From: Chiloscyllium plagiosum
Taxonomy: Eukaryota
Direction: 5' to 3'
Assembly (NCBI RefSeq): GCF_004010195.1
Contig: NW_025215314.1
Location: 43,958 to 91,018 of the forward strand
Length of the DNA: 47,061 nt
The notes beneath the pieces were generated by a model, which was not told the origin of the DNA, did not search any database, and saw only the letters and a program-made list of their open reading frames with translations. This document shows, in pieces, positions 24,690 to 38,525 of this stretch (within the stretch, counting starts at the first letter, position 1; the number at the start of each line of letters is the position of its first letter). The position numbers and the translations under genes are program-made.

Positions 24690-25410
24690 GTAAGGTTCTG
24701 GGAAGTGTTGCTGAAAAAAGAGACCTTGGAGTGCAGGTGCATAATTCCATGAAAGTAGAGTTGCATAAGATAGGATAGCGAAGAAGCTCCTTGGTATTCT
24801 TTCCTTTATTGGTCAGAGCATAGAGTATAGGAGTGGGGAGATCGTGTTGCGATGAGACAGGAGACTGGTTAGGCCACTTTTCAATTTTGCGTGCAATTCT
24901 GGTCCCCTTTCTATCGGAGAAATGTTTTGTAAATTGGACAGATTCACAGAAGATTGACAGGAATATTCCCAGGATTGGAAGATTTGAGCTCTAGGGAGAG
25001 ACTGAATAAGTGGCGTGTTTTATCATGGATCATCGAAAGCTGAGAGGTTGATGTAGAAAGGTTTATGAAATCATGACAGAAAATATATAAATAAAACAGG
25101 TCTTTTCCCTCGGGTGGAGAAGTCCAGATCTAGAGGGTATATGTTTACGGTTGGAATTGAAAGCTGTACAAGGAACCTAAGGGATAACTTTTTTCATTTT
25201 CGGTGGTATGTGCATGGAATGAGCTGCCAGAGGAAGTACTGGAGATTGGTACAATTGAAGTATTTATAAGAAACCTGGACGATTCTCTGGATAGGAAGGG
25301 TTTAGCGGGATATAGGCTGAGTGCTGGCAAATGAGAATAGATTAGCTCAGGATAGCTGTCTGTGAGGACAAGTTGTTTAATTGCTCTACACCTGCATAAA
25401 TCTGTGACTT
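24690..25410 (+). mobile_element. 5'-truncated CR1 3' part (unit C; paralog of 30697-31417)
   Basis: gagaccttggagtgcaggtgcat...tggaatgagctgccagaggaagt. It starts at the same point as the unit B copy. Confidence 0.9.
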
Positions 25411-25765
25411 TATTAATCTAGATTTGTCACAAATTGTGGGTCTGAAATATTATCACAGCTTGTCTTTCAACAGATCCTAGACAATGAAACATTCGTCGTC
25501 TGCAGTGACATGTTTTGCATTGCTTCATTCCCGACCGAACATAAAAACTTCACGATGGTTCTTCAGTTGTGTTGAAACTTATTCATGTTGGAAGTGGGTG
25601 ATGTTTTTCTGCCTCGACATATAATTTATTCTTTTAAATGACTTGGTCAGTCTAGAAATTATTTCGGATTCTTACAGTTGAAAATTGACTTGAATTGAAC
25701 GTAAAGTTCAGGCTCCACGATATTCAAAACACTCGAAAGGAATTACAGACTTTCAAACGCTTCAC

Positions 25766-25847
25766 CGCTGCGCGCAGGACTCGAAACTAAACAGGCAGCC
25801 CTTATCAGATTACAAACCCAACACCTTCACCGCTTGGCCATCACAGC
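25766..25847 (-). pseudogene. tRNA-Ser(CGA)-derived pseudogene
   Basis: Reverse complement gctgtgatggccaagcggtgaaggtgttgg...tttcgagtcctgcgcgcagcg, 82 nt, colinear with vertebrate Ser-CGA. The anticodon is mutated. Confidence 0.8.
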
Positions 25848-26169
25848 GACAGCAATGGTGGAAAATTTCATCATAAAACATCTGAAATCCATGAAATATA
25901 TCAGTTGATGAAAGAACAAATTGTCTGGACGCAACGATTTCGCCAGATGCTTTGCAGAGACCGAGACGAACGTTACCGTTTCAGGTTGACAAGTTTTCAT
26001 CTCAACCTGGATTCTGAGACGGCTGAAATTGTGGGAATGATTCTTCATAGAGTTGTAGAGTTACGGAGGTTACGCCACATGAAAAGAAGTCCTCTGTTTC
26101 ATTGCATCCTCACTTCCAATCGATTTTGACTCAATTGTAGGACACGAGAAAGAAGTCTTATTTCCAATG

Positions 26170-26720
26170 TATGGTAGCTCGGTTAGACTGCACTTAGAGA
26201 ACAGTAAGGGGATTCATAAACCTCAATTTAACACAGATACTATTGCCTTATAAGGAATACCACAATACTCATTAGCTTTGACACAATATATGTGCGTTTG
26301 TCCTCTGAATTGAAAGTGGGCAAATCCGGCCTTAATTTTTTCCCCAGTTTCAAACATGAGAGGTAATCTCATCGAAAGATGCAAAATATTTGAAGACATA
26401 ACCAGGATGGTGCAGTTAAATTGTGTTCACTCATTGATGAATCTGGAGGCAGGCGGGCACAATTTTAAAATATGGCATCTGATTTATGACCACAATGAGG
26501 ACTGTTTGATTTTAGTCTATGCCTTGAGAAGTTTTGCAATTCTCCACTACAATGAGCCGTGGATATTCAGTCTTTGAGTGCCTTTAAGTTGTGTTTGTTC
26601 GTTTTCGAATTAACAACGGCCAGATGCTTTATGTGGTTCTGCCTGTACAAGGCTTAGATGTGTTCGAGCGCCCGTGATCAACTTAAATACTGGAGCAGGC
26701 ATTCCAGAATAAATCGCCTA
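26170..26720 (+). mobile_element. Very old CR1 3' fragment
   Basis: ORF 26356-26577 MRGNLIERCKIF...GHNFKI resembles the CR1 C-terminus. Confidence 0.65.
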
Positions 26721-26784
26721 CTCGTTCTCTTCTGCCCTTTCACAATTACCCTGTGTACACTCTAAAGATACTTCATTCAGAGTG

Positions 26785-27904
26785 AATGGGATTTTGTACA
26801 CTACGTTGTTCTTGCTCATGCTGGGTATCGGATCCGTTGTCCTGGTGAGTTGTCTGAGAGTGGCTGTTGGTTTGTGTGCTGTTATGAGTCCTAGTGGTCG
26901 TAGTAATCTGGCTGTCAGTTCGGAAATGTTCTTGATGTATGGTAACGTGGCTAGTCCTTTGGGTTGTGGCATGTTCTCATTTCGTTGTCTTTCCTTTAGG
27001 CATTTGTTGACGAAATTGCAGTGGTATCCGTTTTCGGCGAATATATTGCAGAGGTGTTCTTCTTCCTCGTTTTGCAGTTCTGATGTGCTGCAGAGTGTTG
27101 TGACCCTTTTGAACAGTGACTTGATACGACTTCTTTTGTTTGTTTTGGGGTGGTTGCTTTCGTAGTTCAGGACTTGGTCTGTGTGTGTCTGGCTTTCCTG
27201 TATACTTTTGTGGTGAATTCTCTGTTCGATGTTCTCTGTACTATTACGTTTAGGAATGGGAGTTAGTTGTCCTTTTCATCCTCTCTAGTGAATCGGATTC
27301 CTGTGAGTGTGGCGTTAATGATCCGGTGTGTGTTTTCTCTTTCTGTGTTTTTAATTGTTACAAAGGTGTCATTCACATGTTTGACCCAGAGTTTGCGTTG
27401 AATTTGCAGTAAGACTGTTTTTTTCTAATCTTTGCATTACCAACGTAATGTACAAAATCCCATGCAAGGACTGCACAATAACTACATAGGACAAACAGGA
27501 AGACAGCTAATGATCGGTATCCATGAACACCAAATAACCACGAAACGACACGACCAGCTATCCTTAGTAGCCACACACGCAGATGACAAGCAACATGAGT
27601 TCGACTGGGACAACACTACTATTATAGGACAAGCAAAACAGAGAACAGCCAGGGAATTCCGAGAGGCATGGCACTCATCCACAGATTCTATCACAAAAAC
27701 ATCGACCTGGACCCAATATACCGACCACTGCAGCAGACAGCTGGAACTGACAACCGGAAGTGGCAGAGACAAACCACTATAAATGCAAGAGGACACAACA
27801 CAGAAGCGTTTCACAGGAGGCTGCCAAGCACTGAGGATGTCACCTAGACAGGAGACGAAACGTCTGCAACACAAATTCCCAGCTCCGCAAACACAACTAG
27901 AACA
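26785..27904 (-). mobile_element. Penelope-like element (family 1): minus-strand body 26785-27442 plus inverted arm 27439-27904
   Basis: Minus strand: ATLPYIKNISELTARLLRP...NVVYKIP. Plus strand: GIY-YIG remnant YIGQTGRQL...HEFDWDN...EAWHS and pLTR. Confidence 0.93.
27828..27867 (+). ncRNA. Minimal type I hammerhead ribozyme motif in Penelope pLTR
   Basis: GCA CUGAGGA U GUCACCU AGAC AGGAGAC GAAA CGUC UGC. Confidence 0.72.
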
Positions 27905-28530
27905 GTTTACCTAATTTTCATATCAAATACCTTTGCAGCGTATAAAGAATGGCATATGTAATAAAACTTGAAAATAATACTGCATTATTATGTATTGTTC
28001 CTAAGATTCTTCTTTGATATCTGCAAAATTGGCATATTACCCTGTAATTATTGACCACATGTATTAAGGCACTCTGGGGCATCGCAAATTCGAGACATTG
28101 GAAGCAATTCCTCACATGCTGAACTGTCAAAGTGCTATAATCGTGAAACGTGTCGATACATTTCAGGTTCTACATGTCATATTGTTTAAACTAAGCTCGT
28201 TTATGTAATTATCTTTCTTTGCCTCTGTCTCTTTGTCCACCCTGAGTCGCTGTCTGGAACTTAAAAGAAAGTCCCTCTCGAGTAGATCATTGTAATCACA
28301 GTTTTTTCACGATTTTCTTGCTTCACAGTATGAAAAGTGGAGCAGCAAATACTGTTCGAAATTTGCTGTTATTGCATTAAATATCCCTGACGGATATTGC
28401 AAGACAGGGATAATGCGAGGGCAGTTATTTTAAGATCAAAATTTCTTTTCAAATATCGTATGGCTTTTTTTAAACAGCTACCGTGAAAAATGAACAAAAC
28501 GTAAATGCGATCGATCTGACTTTAATTCAT
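27905..28530 (+). repeat. Older paralog of the region upstream of the tRNA-Ser(AGA) pseudogene (~10585-11420 and ~39110-39950)
   Basis: Colinear strings aatggcatatgt, aatcgtgaaa.gtgtc, aaagtccctctcg, aatttgctgttatt and gggataa.gcgagggcagtt. Confidence 0.9.
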
Positions 28531-28534
28531 TAAT

Positions 28535-30520
28535 ATCTCAGGCAGATATGAATGGTAGGCATGGGCCATAAAAAAGGCAAAGCATGCATACGCACACAGA
28601 ATATATAGCCTTTATCAGGACAGCAGTGATATGCAGGGCATGTAGAAGAGTATCAAGGCCATCACCAAGTACAACAGAGAGTCATCTGCCTCTACTGATG
28701 ATGCCTCCCTCCCGGATGAATGGATCAACTTCTACGCATGGTTTGAGTCATGAAATGATGTGGAAGCGAGGAAAGTGATATCCCCTTCTCAATGACCAAG
28801 TGTTGAGTCTTATCCCGACTGATGTGAGGCAAACTCTATGCAGAGACAACCCACTTAAGGCTGCTAGACCACATCATACCCCTCGCAGAATGCTGTGCAG
28901 ATGCTCTGACGTGCTGATGGATGCTCTCATGGATGTATTTAACGGTTCCCTGAATTGTGCCATATTTCCAACGTGCTTCAAGGCCATTACTATCGTCCTT
29001 GTGCTGAAGAAGTCTTCAGTGTCTTGACCCAATGACTACTACCTATTGTGTCAATACAAGAGCATGAGGTGTTTCGAAAGGGTTGCGATCACGCATATTA
29101 ATACCCTGCTGTCGACTGTCGAACTCACCCTCACTGGACACTCTGCAGTTTGCATATCGTTCCAGCCCTCTGAAGATGATATCACCTCCGCCACCCTGCA
29201 TCTGGTCCTCACCGTCTGGAGAAGAAGGAAACCTACATCAGGTTACTGTTTATAGACTTCAGTTCTGCATTCAACAACATCATTCGTCAGCACCTGTTTG
29301 GAAAACTGAGTCTGCTGTGCTTGAATACGTCTCTCTGTAACTGGACCCTGGACCTACTGATTGAGAGACCCCAGTCACCCCGGATTCGCAACATCATCTC
29401 CTAATGCATCACAATGAGAAAGGGGGCAACCCGGGGCTGTGTGCTCAGTCCACTGCTTTTCACCTTGCTTTCACACGACAGAGCATTGCTGTCGAGCTCA
29501 AATTACATTATTAAGTTGACACAGTGGTAGTGGGTCTCATTAGCAGGAACGAAGAATCAGCACACAGAGAGAAGCTGCTGCGGCTAACGGACTTGTGCAG
29601 AGCAAACAACCTGTCTATGAACGTGGGCTAAACGTAATGGATGGTTGTTGACTTCAGGAGGGCATCACTCTCTGCTGAATGTCGATGGTTTCCTCCGTGG
29701 TGATCGTAATGAGCATCAAATTTCTTTGCACTCACTTGGCAGATAATCTCACCTCTTCTCTCAACACCACTTTCATAGCCAAGAAAGCCCAGCACCGACA
29801 CTATTGTCTGTGTAGGTGGAGGAAAGCCCACCCGACATCCCCTGTCTTCACCACATTCTACAGAGGGTTAATTGAGAATACGCTGAGCGGCTGCATCACT
29901 GCCTGGTTCAGGAATTGCATCGCCTTGGATCAGAAAACCTGATGACTGGTAGTGAGGACAGCTGAGACGATCATCGGAATCTTCTTCTCTCCATTACAGA
30001 CACCTTCACCACACGCTGCATCTGCAAGACCAACACCATTGTGGACGACCCCACACATCTTTGATTTCAAATTCTTCGCCCTCCTGCCATCTGACAAAAG
30101 ATACCAGAGTATTCAGTCTCTCACGGCCAGAATCTACAAAAGTTTCTTCACCGAAGCCATGCGATTTTTAACACTATATGATCCTACTCTCTTCCATTTG
30201 TAACTTTAGGACGACTTTTTGAATGGCTGCGAAAACAATGTTTTATTAATGAGTTTTTCTGTGTTACAATGCAGTTAATCCCATATTTCCTCTATTGTTT
30301 TGACTTGTCAGTAATTACTACGCCGCCGTGCATGCTTTGCACTTTTTATGCAATATATGCTGCCCTGTGATTGACTGTCCTGACGTCATTTCATTGTGTT
30401 CAAGTAGAATCTTGATCTTGGCGCAACGTTATCGTTTTTATTATGCCAGTTGTGTACAGTAGAAATAACAAATAAAGTTACTCTATTCTCTCCCTCTCTC
30501 TCTAACATACCCTACTCTCT
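28535..30520 (+). mobile_element. Decayed Rex1/Babar-type LINE (copy in unit B)
   Basis: [31 protein letters not shown] and FYRGLIENTLSGCITAWF motifs. The 3' flank matches that of the 22157 copy. Confidence 0.9.
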
Positions 30521-30696
30521 GTTACCTCGATCTAAGGCTCCAAAGAATTATGGCAATCTGTTAGAGATTTACCTGGATTTTCTTGAAACAGATTTACTGC
30601 ATCCGTTGCTCCTGATGTGGTCTCGTCTACAAAATTGCGGACCGGTTGAATAAACTTCGATGGTCCGCTATGGTTTTTACAGACCGACACTTAATG

Positions 30697-31417
30697 GCAA
30701 AGTTCTGGGAAGTGTTGCTAAACAAAGAGATTAAGGTTCATTATTCCTTGAATGTAGAGTCGCATGTCGATAGGATCGTGAAAAACCTTCTTGGTATTCT
30801 TTCCTTTATTGGTCAGAGCATTGAGGAGAGGAGGTGGGAGTTAATGTTGCGACTATACAGGACACAGGTTAGGTCACCTTTGGAATATTGCATGCAATTC
30901 TGGTCTCCTTCCTATCAGAAGGCTGTTGTGAATCTTGAACAGATTCACAGAAGATTGACAGGGATATTTCCAGGATTGGAGAATTTGAGCTACAGGGAGA
31001 GGCTGCATAGACTGGGATTGTTTTTAATAGAGCATTGAAGTCTGAAGGTTGCTTTTATAGAGGTGTATGAAATAATGAAGGATATGAGTAGGTATAAATA
31101 GAACGGACGCACGGAAATAGAGGAAATATGTTTAGGGTTACAGTTGAAAGCTGTACAAGGAACCCTAGGGACAACGTTTTTGTCGCAGAGGGTTGTAGGT
31201 ACATGAAATAGGCTGCCAGAGGAAGTGGCGGATGCTTGTACAATTAAAGCAATTAAAAGCGATATGTTATGATTCTATGAATAAGTGTGATTTAGCGGGA
31301 CATAGGCTACGTGCTGGCAGATGGGAATAGATCACGTTCGGATATCTGGTCTACATGGACGAATTGGACAGAGGGAATTGTTTACGTGAACTACATCTGC
31401 ATGATTCTATGACTCTG
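30697..31417 (+). mobile_element. 5'-truncated CR1 3' part (unit B)
   Basis: ORF 30646-31038 ...VRSPLEYCMQFWSP...LSYRERLHRLGLF. Confidence 0.9.
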
Positions 31418-32389
31418 TTAATGTAGAATATTCATAAATTGTGGGTTTGAAATATTATCTCAGCTTGTATTTCAACAAGAAAATGAAGCATTCATCGTCT
31501 GGGGAAGATGCAGCCTTTTGAATCGTTGATAATCACTTCCTTGAGTGCGGGTAGAAAGTGAGCACGCCTGCCGGTTTGAAGGGACAGGCGATACTCCTTG
31601 ATTATTTCTGACAGCTACTCGCTTCCATAACGAAGAGAATAATGTAATTCTTTCAGAAGCAAATTTCGTGCAACCGAGAAAACAGCTACAAAGCTTAAAT
31701 TCTGGAATAGGAATCCAATCTGAATCATAATGCAGAAAGGACAACTGTTAAACACGAATCCGCCAGAGATCTACAATGACAGGCACTTGTCAAATTCAGC
31801 TGGAACATGTTGCTGCAACAACTTTCCAATGTCCTTCAACTGCAAGGAACTGCTCTAACGTTTGTTCTCATTGTTGACTAACAAATGGCAGTCAGAGAAT
31901 CACCTGGAATGAATTCTCCTGGCACGCACAGTCAACTCTGATGATCCAAAAGGATATATTTATAACCCCACTATTCGTCATCTACATTCGTCTCTTCAGC
32001 ATCAAAATCAGAAAGCAAAGTATTGGTTTTCATCTGATGCTATTGACTCTGAGCTCCACTCCATGTGCAAGTCATCATTCCAACACATCTGCATTCAGAC
32101 ATCGAAACATGAAAGGTAGGGGCAGGAGTAGGTTCTTCTGTCACTCAATATAATTTTGATTAATCCATTATCTCCATACCATATTCCTGCTATCTCTCAA
32201 CGCCCTTTGAAGCCTTTGATATCAAACGAAATTAACATATTCTGGCATATTCTCACTGACCTAACCTCCACAATATTTTGTTGTAGGGAATTTCAGAGGT
32301 GCCGTCCTGAATCACGAAATGTTTCTTCATGTTAGTCTGAACTCGACCATCGGAACCCATGATTTTAATTACCAGCAGCAGAAAAAGCG

Positions 32390-35300
32390 GAAGCTTGGAC
32401 CAGGGGACTTTCTGGAAATGCGAATCACAGATTTAAAACTTTAAAAGCTTGCCTCGAGCGTCGGCAGTGGCAGCACCTCGGAGAGCATAGAAATTATTTC
32501 CCCTTCAGCTGCATAATTGTGTGTTTTCTAAACCCATAACCCTACCCTTGTAGAGTCTCCCAAACATCCATCTCTTGTAACCTTACACATCAGGGGCATG
32601 TCAGGTAACCTGTTCTTCCTTTTGTTTTAATTTCTGATAAGGTCACCAGCAGGGATTGCAGTGCAGGGAGAGGAATGTTCCTCTGTATGATATTTGAGGT
32701 GATGGACGCCATGACTGTCCCATCCAAGTACATCTGCAGGAGGTGCACCCAATTCTTGCTCCTCCAAGACCGTTTCAGGTAGCAGGAACTGGATGAACAT
32801 TGGATCATTCGGGAGGCAGATTCTGTGATAGATATAAGTTACAGGTAAGTAGTTTATCCCAGGCACGTAGTAAGCTGAATACCTGTTAGAAGGGGAAATG
32901 AAACGGTCAGTGCATAGATCTCTTGTGATCTTTTCCCTGAAAAAAAAACAAGTATAACGTTTTGGATACTGTTGAGAGCAATGACTTAGAGAGACATGCA
33001 CTTGGATGCAGGCCACTGCCATAGAGTCTGAAGCTGTTGCACAGAGTGAAGTGGGAAAGGATGAGAGTGTTATACATTTGGGACTAAATATTGAGTGGGA
33101 CAGATAGAAGTTGTGTTGGGAACAACGGAGACTCACGGTTGGTGTGTTGCCATCCAGGTGTCAGAGTCCTTGATGTCTCAGATCGTGTCTTTGGGATCCT
33201 GAAGTGTGGGCGTGGCCAGCCCCAAGTCATGGTCCACAAAAGTACCGACAACATATTTAGAAAGAGGGATAGGGATATAAGGCAGGATGTCAGGGAGCTA
33301 GGATGCAACCTGAGAGTGATAACAAATAGTGCTCTTATCTCTGGATTGATACCCATGCCACGTGATAGTGAGGCGAAGAACAGGGAGCGATATCAGCCTA
33401 ACACGTGGCTGCAGGTACGGTGCAGGAGGGAGGGTTTCAGGTTTATGGATAATTGAGGCTCATTCTGAGGAAGTTCGGACGGCTACAATCAGGACGGTCT
33501 TCACTTGAATTAAAGGGGTACTAACATCCTGGGTGGGAAATTTGCTAGTGCTATTCAGTTGGGTTTAAACTAGCTAATCTGGGGAAAGGGGGTGATGTAA
33601 CCTGTGTTGTATTTCCAGAACACAAGTGAATAATATTATGGATGGCAGAGACAGGATTTCACAGCCATATAAGTGTGCTGGCACACAGCAAGCTGCTTCA
33701 AAGTGTGTTGACTTCAACGCCAGGAGTAACCAGAATAAGGTGGGTGAGCTTGCATCATGGGATTTCGATGTTTTGACCACAACTGAGACATGGATGGAGC
33801 AAGGTCACGAATGGATGTTGCAGTTTCCAGAGTTTAGATTTTTCATTAGTAACCAGGAAGGTGGTAGAAGAGGGAGATGTGTGGCTTATTTAGTGAATGA
33901 CGGTATAACGGTGGCTGAAATAATATTTGACGAGGCCTCGTCTAATGAGGTGGTATAGATTGAGGTTAGAAAAAGGAGAGGAGAGGCCACACTGATGGGA
34001 GGACTTTATAGGCCTCCACAAAGTTCCAGGGATGTGGAGGAGGGTGTTGGCAAACCTATTCTGGACAGGAGAAAAAGAACAGTGTGGTTAACATGAGTGA
34101 CTTTTAACTTCCTCAGCATTGACTAGAAATGATATAACTCTAAAATGTTGGATGGTTCACACTTTGTCCACTGTGTGCTGGAGAGTTTCCAGACACAGCA
34201 TATCCAAGGGCAGATAAAAGGGGAGGCTACACTTGATCTGACACTGAATAATGAGGCAGGCCGGGTGCTTGATTATGTGATAGTTTTGTTTTTTGCAGAG
34301 AGACTAACAATAATTCGGTTACGCTTAGTTTAGTGACAGAAAGGGATAGATCCATGCCACAGGGAGAATATTGTCGAGGAGAATGCTGAAGTACAGGGTA
34401 TTAAACTTGAAAGGATTGAGGTTAATAAGGAGGAGGTGTTATCAATTCTAGAAGGTGTGAGAGTCGAAATGACGCCTGGGGCAGATGGGATTTCTTTTGA
34501 TAATTCTCTGGGAAGCTAGGAATGATATACCTGAGCCTTTGGCTCTGATCTTTGAGTATCATTTTCGACAGGTTTAGTACCAGAAGACCGGAGGATTGCA
34601 AAGATTGAGCCCTTGTCCAAGAAGAGTGGGAGAGATAACCCAGGCAATTGTAGACCAGTGAGCCTTATTTTGTTGCCGGAAAGGTTGTGGAAAGGAGTAT
34701 AAGAGATCAATTTGATTGAAAATAGTCAACATGGATTCGTCAAGGGCAGGTCGTGTCTCACAAGTCTCATTAGATTTTTTTGAGAAGGTGACCAAGCATG
34801 TGGGTGAAGGTACGGCTGTTGATGTGTCGTACATGGACTTCAGCAAAGCCCTTGAAAACGTTCCACATGGTAGGCAACTAGAGGAAATGCAGAAGAATGG
34901 GATTGAAGGTGATTTAGCAGTTTTGATTAGAAACTTGCTTTCTGTAAGAAGGAACAAGTGGTGGTTAATGTAAAATATTCAGCCTGGCGTCCGGTTACTA
35001 GTGGTGTACCAGAGAATCTGTTGGGACTATTGCTTTTGTCATTTTTATGAACGACTTGGACGCAAGCATAATGGATGGGTTGGTAAGTTTGCAGGTGATT
35101 CCAAAGTGGGTGGAGTGGTGAACAGTGTGGATAATGTTGCAGGGAGACTTGCAAACACTGAAGAACTGGGCTAAAAGGAGGCAAATGGAGATCAATGCAG
35201 ATAAAAATGAGGGAATACCCTTTGGGAAGAGCAACAAGAAGTTAGAATACTGGATCAATGGAAATATTCTTGGTATTGTGGGTGTGCAGAGAGATCTTGG

Positions 35301-35987
35301 TGTCAACGTACATAGATCCATGAAAATTGCTGCCCAGGTTGATAGTGCTGTTAAGAGGTTATACAGTGTGTTAGGTGTTAATGGAGGAAATGAGTTCTGG
35401 AGCCGTGGTGTTATGCTGCAACTGTACAAAAAGCTAGTGTAGCGTCACGTGGAGTATGGTGTGCAGTTCTGGTCACCCCATTACGGGAAGGATGTGGAAA
35501 CATTGGAAAAGATGCAGAAGAGATTTACCAGAATATTGCCTGGTCTGAAGCAAATGGCTTATGAGGGAATGTAGAGGGACTTGGGTGTGTTCTCTTTGGA
35601 AAAAAAAAACAAGGCTCAGAGGCGTTTTAATACAGACATACAAGATAATCAGTGGATTAGATAGGGTGGGCAGTAAATGTATTTTCCCTCAGATGATGAT
35701 AGCTGCTTGTACGAGGGGGCATAGCATCAAATTGAGGTGCGATTGATTTACGATGGATGACAGATGCAGGTTCTTCACTCAGAGAGTGGGAAGTTCCTGG
35801 AATGCCCTGCCTGTCAATGTAGTTAACGCAGCCACATTTGGGGCATTTAAACAGTCCGTGGGTAAGTAAATGGCTGATGATGGGATAATGTAGGGTGATA
35901 TGCTAAGATAAGTTCACAGTTGGGCCCCACATTGGGAGCTGAAGGGCCTGTATTGCGCTGTATTGCTCAATGTTCGATATTCCATAC
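32390..35987 (+). mobile_element. Near full-length decayed CR1 LINE (duplicate of 3380-7461)
   Basis: Same ORF1 and ORF2 remnants (ORFs 33091-33456, 33626-33958, 34716-34973, 35125-35442). Confidence 0.93.
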
Positions 35988-37257
35988 GAGGTCTGGGACT
36001 CCTCGATCTGTACTCTGCAATCAAGGTGAAAACATCCATCTATTCTCTCTATTCCTATGAGAATGTTAAGCATCTTAAGTGACAATACTGCCATTTCAGT
36101 GTTAGTGTTCCTGCTGTATTCCCTCTCTGGTACATGCATTATGTGTAAGGTCGGAAAATCACAATTGCACACACAATTCCAGTTCTAATCTCTACGTTTT
36201 TATTTTCATTAACTAGTTCGCATAGACATCAAGCTCCAACATGAAAGACTAAGTTTCCCAATATAAAATATTTAAGTAAGAATCCACCTTACCCTTTTTG
36301 CATCAGTTTGCACAAATATATACTTATTCACACTGTACCTTGTTTGCACGTGTAATGCTTCTAAAATGCCCTGATACTCCAATTTTCTTCCTCACAACTC
36401 AAAACCCAACGGAGTTGTATTTTGCAGGAATATACTGTTCATCAAAGCATCAGCGTTGAAAAAAGACAGTTTGATTCCAATCTGCTTTTGCTTGCCAACT
36501 AGATCAAATCCACATCAGAACATTCGTCCAATTTCAAGTCTGTCAATTTGTGCAAATAGCTTATCCATGTGAGACCTTATCAAAAGCATTTTTCGAAAGA
36601 ATGGCATCATCAGAGAATCATCTGTGATAACGTTTCCTGCTCCTGAAGATAGGAAAGGAACATAATGACATGAAAGTGAAGGAACTTGATGGAATGCCCA
36701 CATAAAACCGTGGGTGAAGGAAAGAGCATCATATGGAACTTGGCGTTTGTATGAAATGCATCAGTGTATTCTTGGAAGAAGGAATGCGCACACTGACTTA
36801 AGTTAAGAGAGAGAATTGCCAACGCTTCCAAATTAGCTCATAAATCACTGGGTCAGAATTATTAAGCTTTGATAGATGCTCGTGATGGCAGGCTTGATGT
36901 ACCACTCATTACTTTTAATGTTGGTCAGCATGGGAGAATCATTAAGAAGCAATTCAACGTCTGTAAAATTTGGAGGTATAAGTGATTCTCCTGAGTGCAA
37001 TTATGTCGGAATATATTCATACCTAAATCAGATGCAAGACCACCTTGACAATACTGAACAATGTTACAAACTGGTACCATAGGTTTCCTCAATATGAGTT
37101 GTGTTCCCAATTTGTTCACCAACTACCTTTCCAGAATAGCTAGTCTCTCCACGAGACTGCTCACTGTCATTGAACACTTTTTAGTCTATAGTTTTGGGAA
37201 GATTTTGTCTTTGAAACCTTTATGGTGTCCTATTTCATCAGTTCGATTTTCTCCTCA

Positions 37258-38525
37258 ATCATAGAATCAAAGAGAGGTACAACACGGAAACAGAACCTTC
37301 GGTCCAACCCGTCCATGTCGACCAAATATCCCAACCGAATCTAGTCCCACCTGCCACCTGTTCCATATCCCTCGAAACCCTTCCTATTCATTTACCCATC
37401 CAGATGCCTTTTAAATGTTGCAATTGTACTCGCCTTTGCCAGTTCCTCTGGCAGCTCACTCCATACACGTCACACCCTATGCTTGAAAACGATGTACCTT
37501 AGGTCTCTTTTAAATCTTTCCCCTCTCACCCTAAACCTATACCTTCTCGTTCTTTACTCCCCCAGCCTAGGGAAAAAAATAACGTTGTCTATTTATCCTG
37601 TGATTGTTCCTAATGATTTTGTAAACCTCTATTAAGTCACCCATCATCCTCCGATGCTCCAGGGAAAACAGCCCTAGTCTATTCAACCTCTCCCTATCTC
37701 TCAGAGCCTCCAACCCTGGCAACGTTTTTGTCAATCTTCTCTGAACAGTTTCAAGTTTTACAACATCATTCCAATAGGAAGAAGACCAGAACTGCACGCA
37801 GTATTCCAACAAAGGCCTAACCAATGTACTGTTCAGCTGCAACATGACCTCCCAACTCCTGTACTTCATACTCTGACCAGTAAAGGAAAGCATACCAAAC
37901 GCCTTCCTCACTATCCTATCGACCTGCGACTCGATTTTCAAGGAGCTATGAACCAGCTCTTTAAGGTGCTTTAGTTAGGCACACTCCCGATCACTTTTCC
38001 ATTAAGTGTATAAGTCCCGCTAAGATATGCTTTCCCAAAATTTAGCACCTCATATTTATCTAATTTAAGCTCCAACTGCCGCTTCTCAGCCCATGGCCAA
38101 CCTGATAAGGATCCGGTTATAATCTGAGATAACATTCTCCGCTGTCCACTACACCTCCAGTTTTGGTGTCATCTTCAAACTTACTAACTATACCTCTTCT
38201 GCTCACATCTTAAACAATTCACAAAAAAGATGAAAAGTAGTGGACCCAGCACCGAACCTTGTGGCACTCCACTTTTCACAGGCCTTCAGTCTGAAAAACA
38301 ACCTTCTACCACCACCCTCTGTCCTCTAGCTTTGAGCCAGTACTGCACCCACAATGGCTGTTTCTCCATGTATTCCATGACACCTAACCTTGCTAACCAG
38401 TCTCCCATGGGGAACCTTGTCAAATACCTTCCTGAAGTCCATATAGATCACGTCCACCATTCTGCCCTCATCAATCCTCTTTGTTACTTCTTTATAAAGC
38501 CCAATCAAGTTTGTGAGGCATGATA
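37258..38525 (-). mobile_element. 5'-truncated CR1 (duplicate of 8738-10000)
   Basis: ORFs 37567-37941 and 38326-38583. Confidence 0.93.

Noticed and set aside
26785..27904. Simple L1-style twin-priming inversion
   Set aside because: Disfavoured because the plus segment lacks the 38-nt 3' tail, there is no TSD, and the flanks are non-adjacent in unit A.
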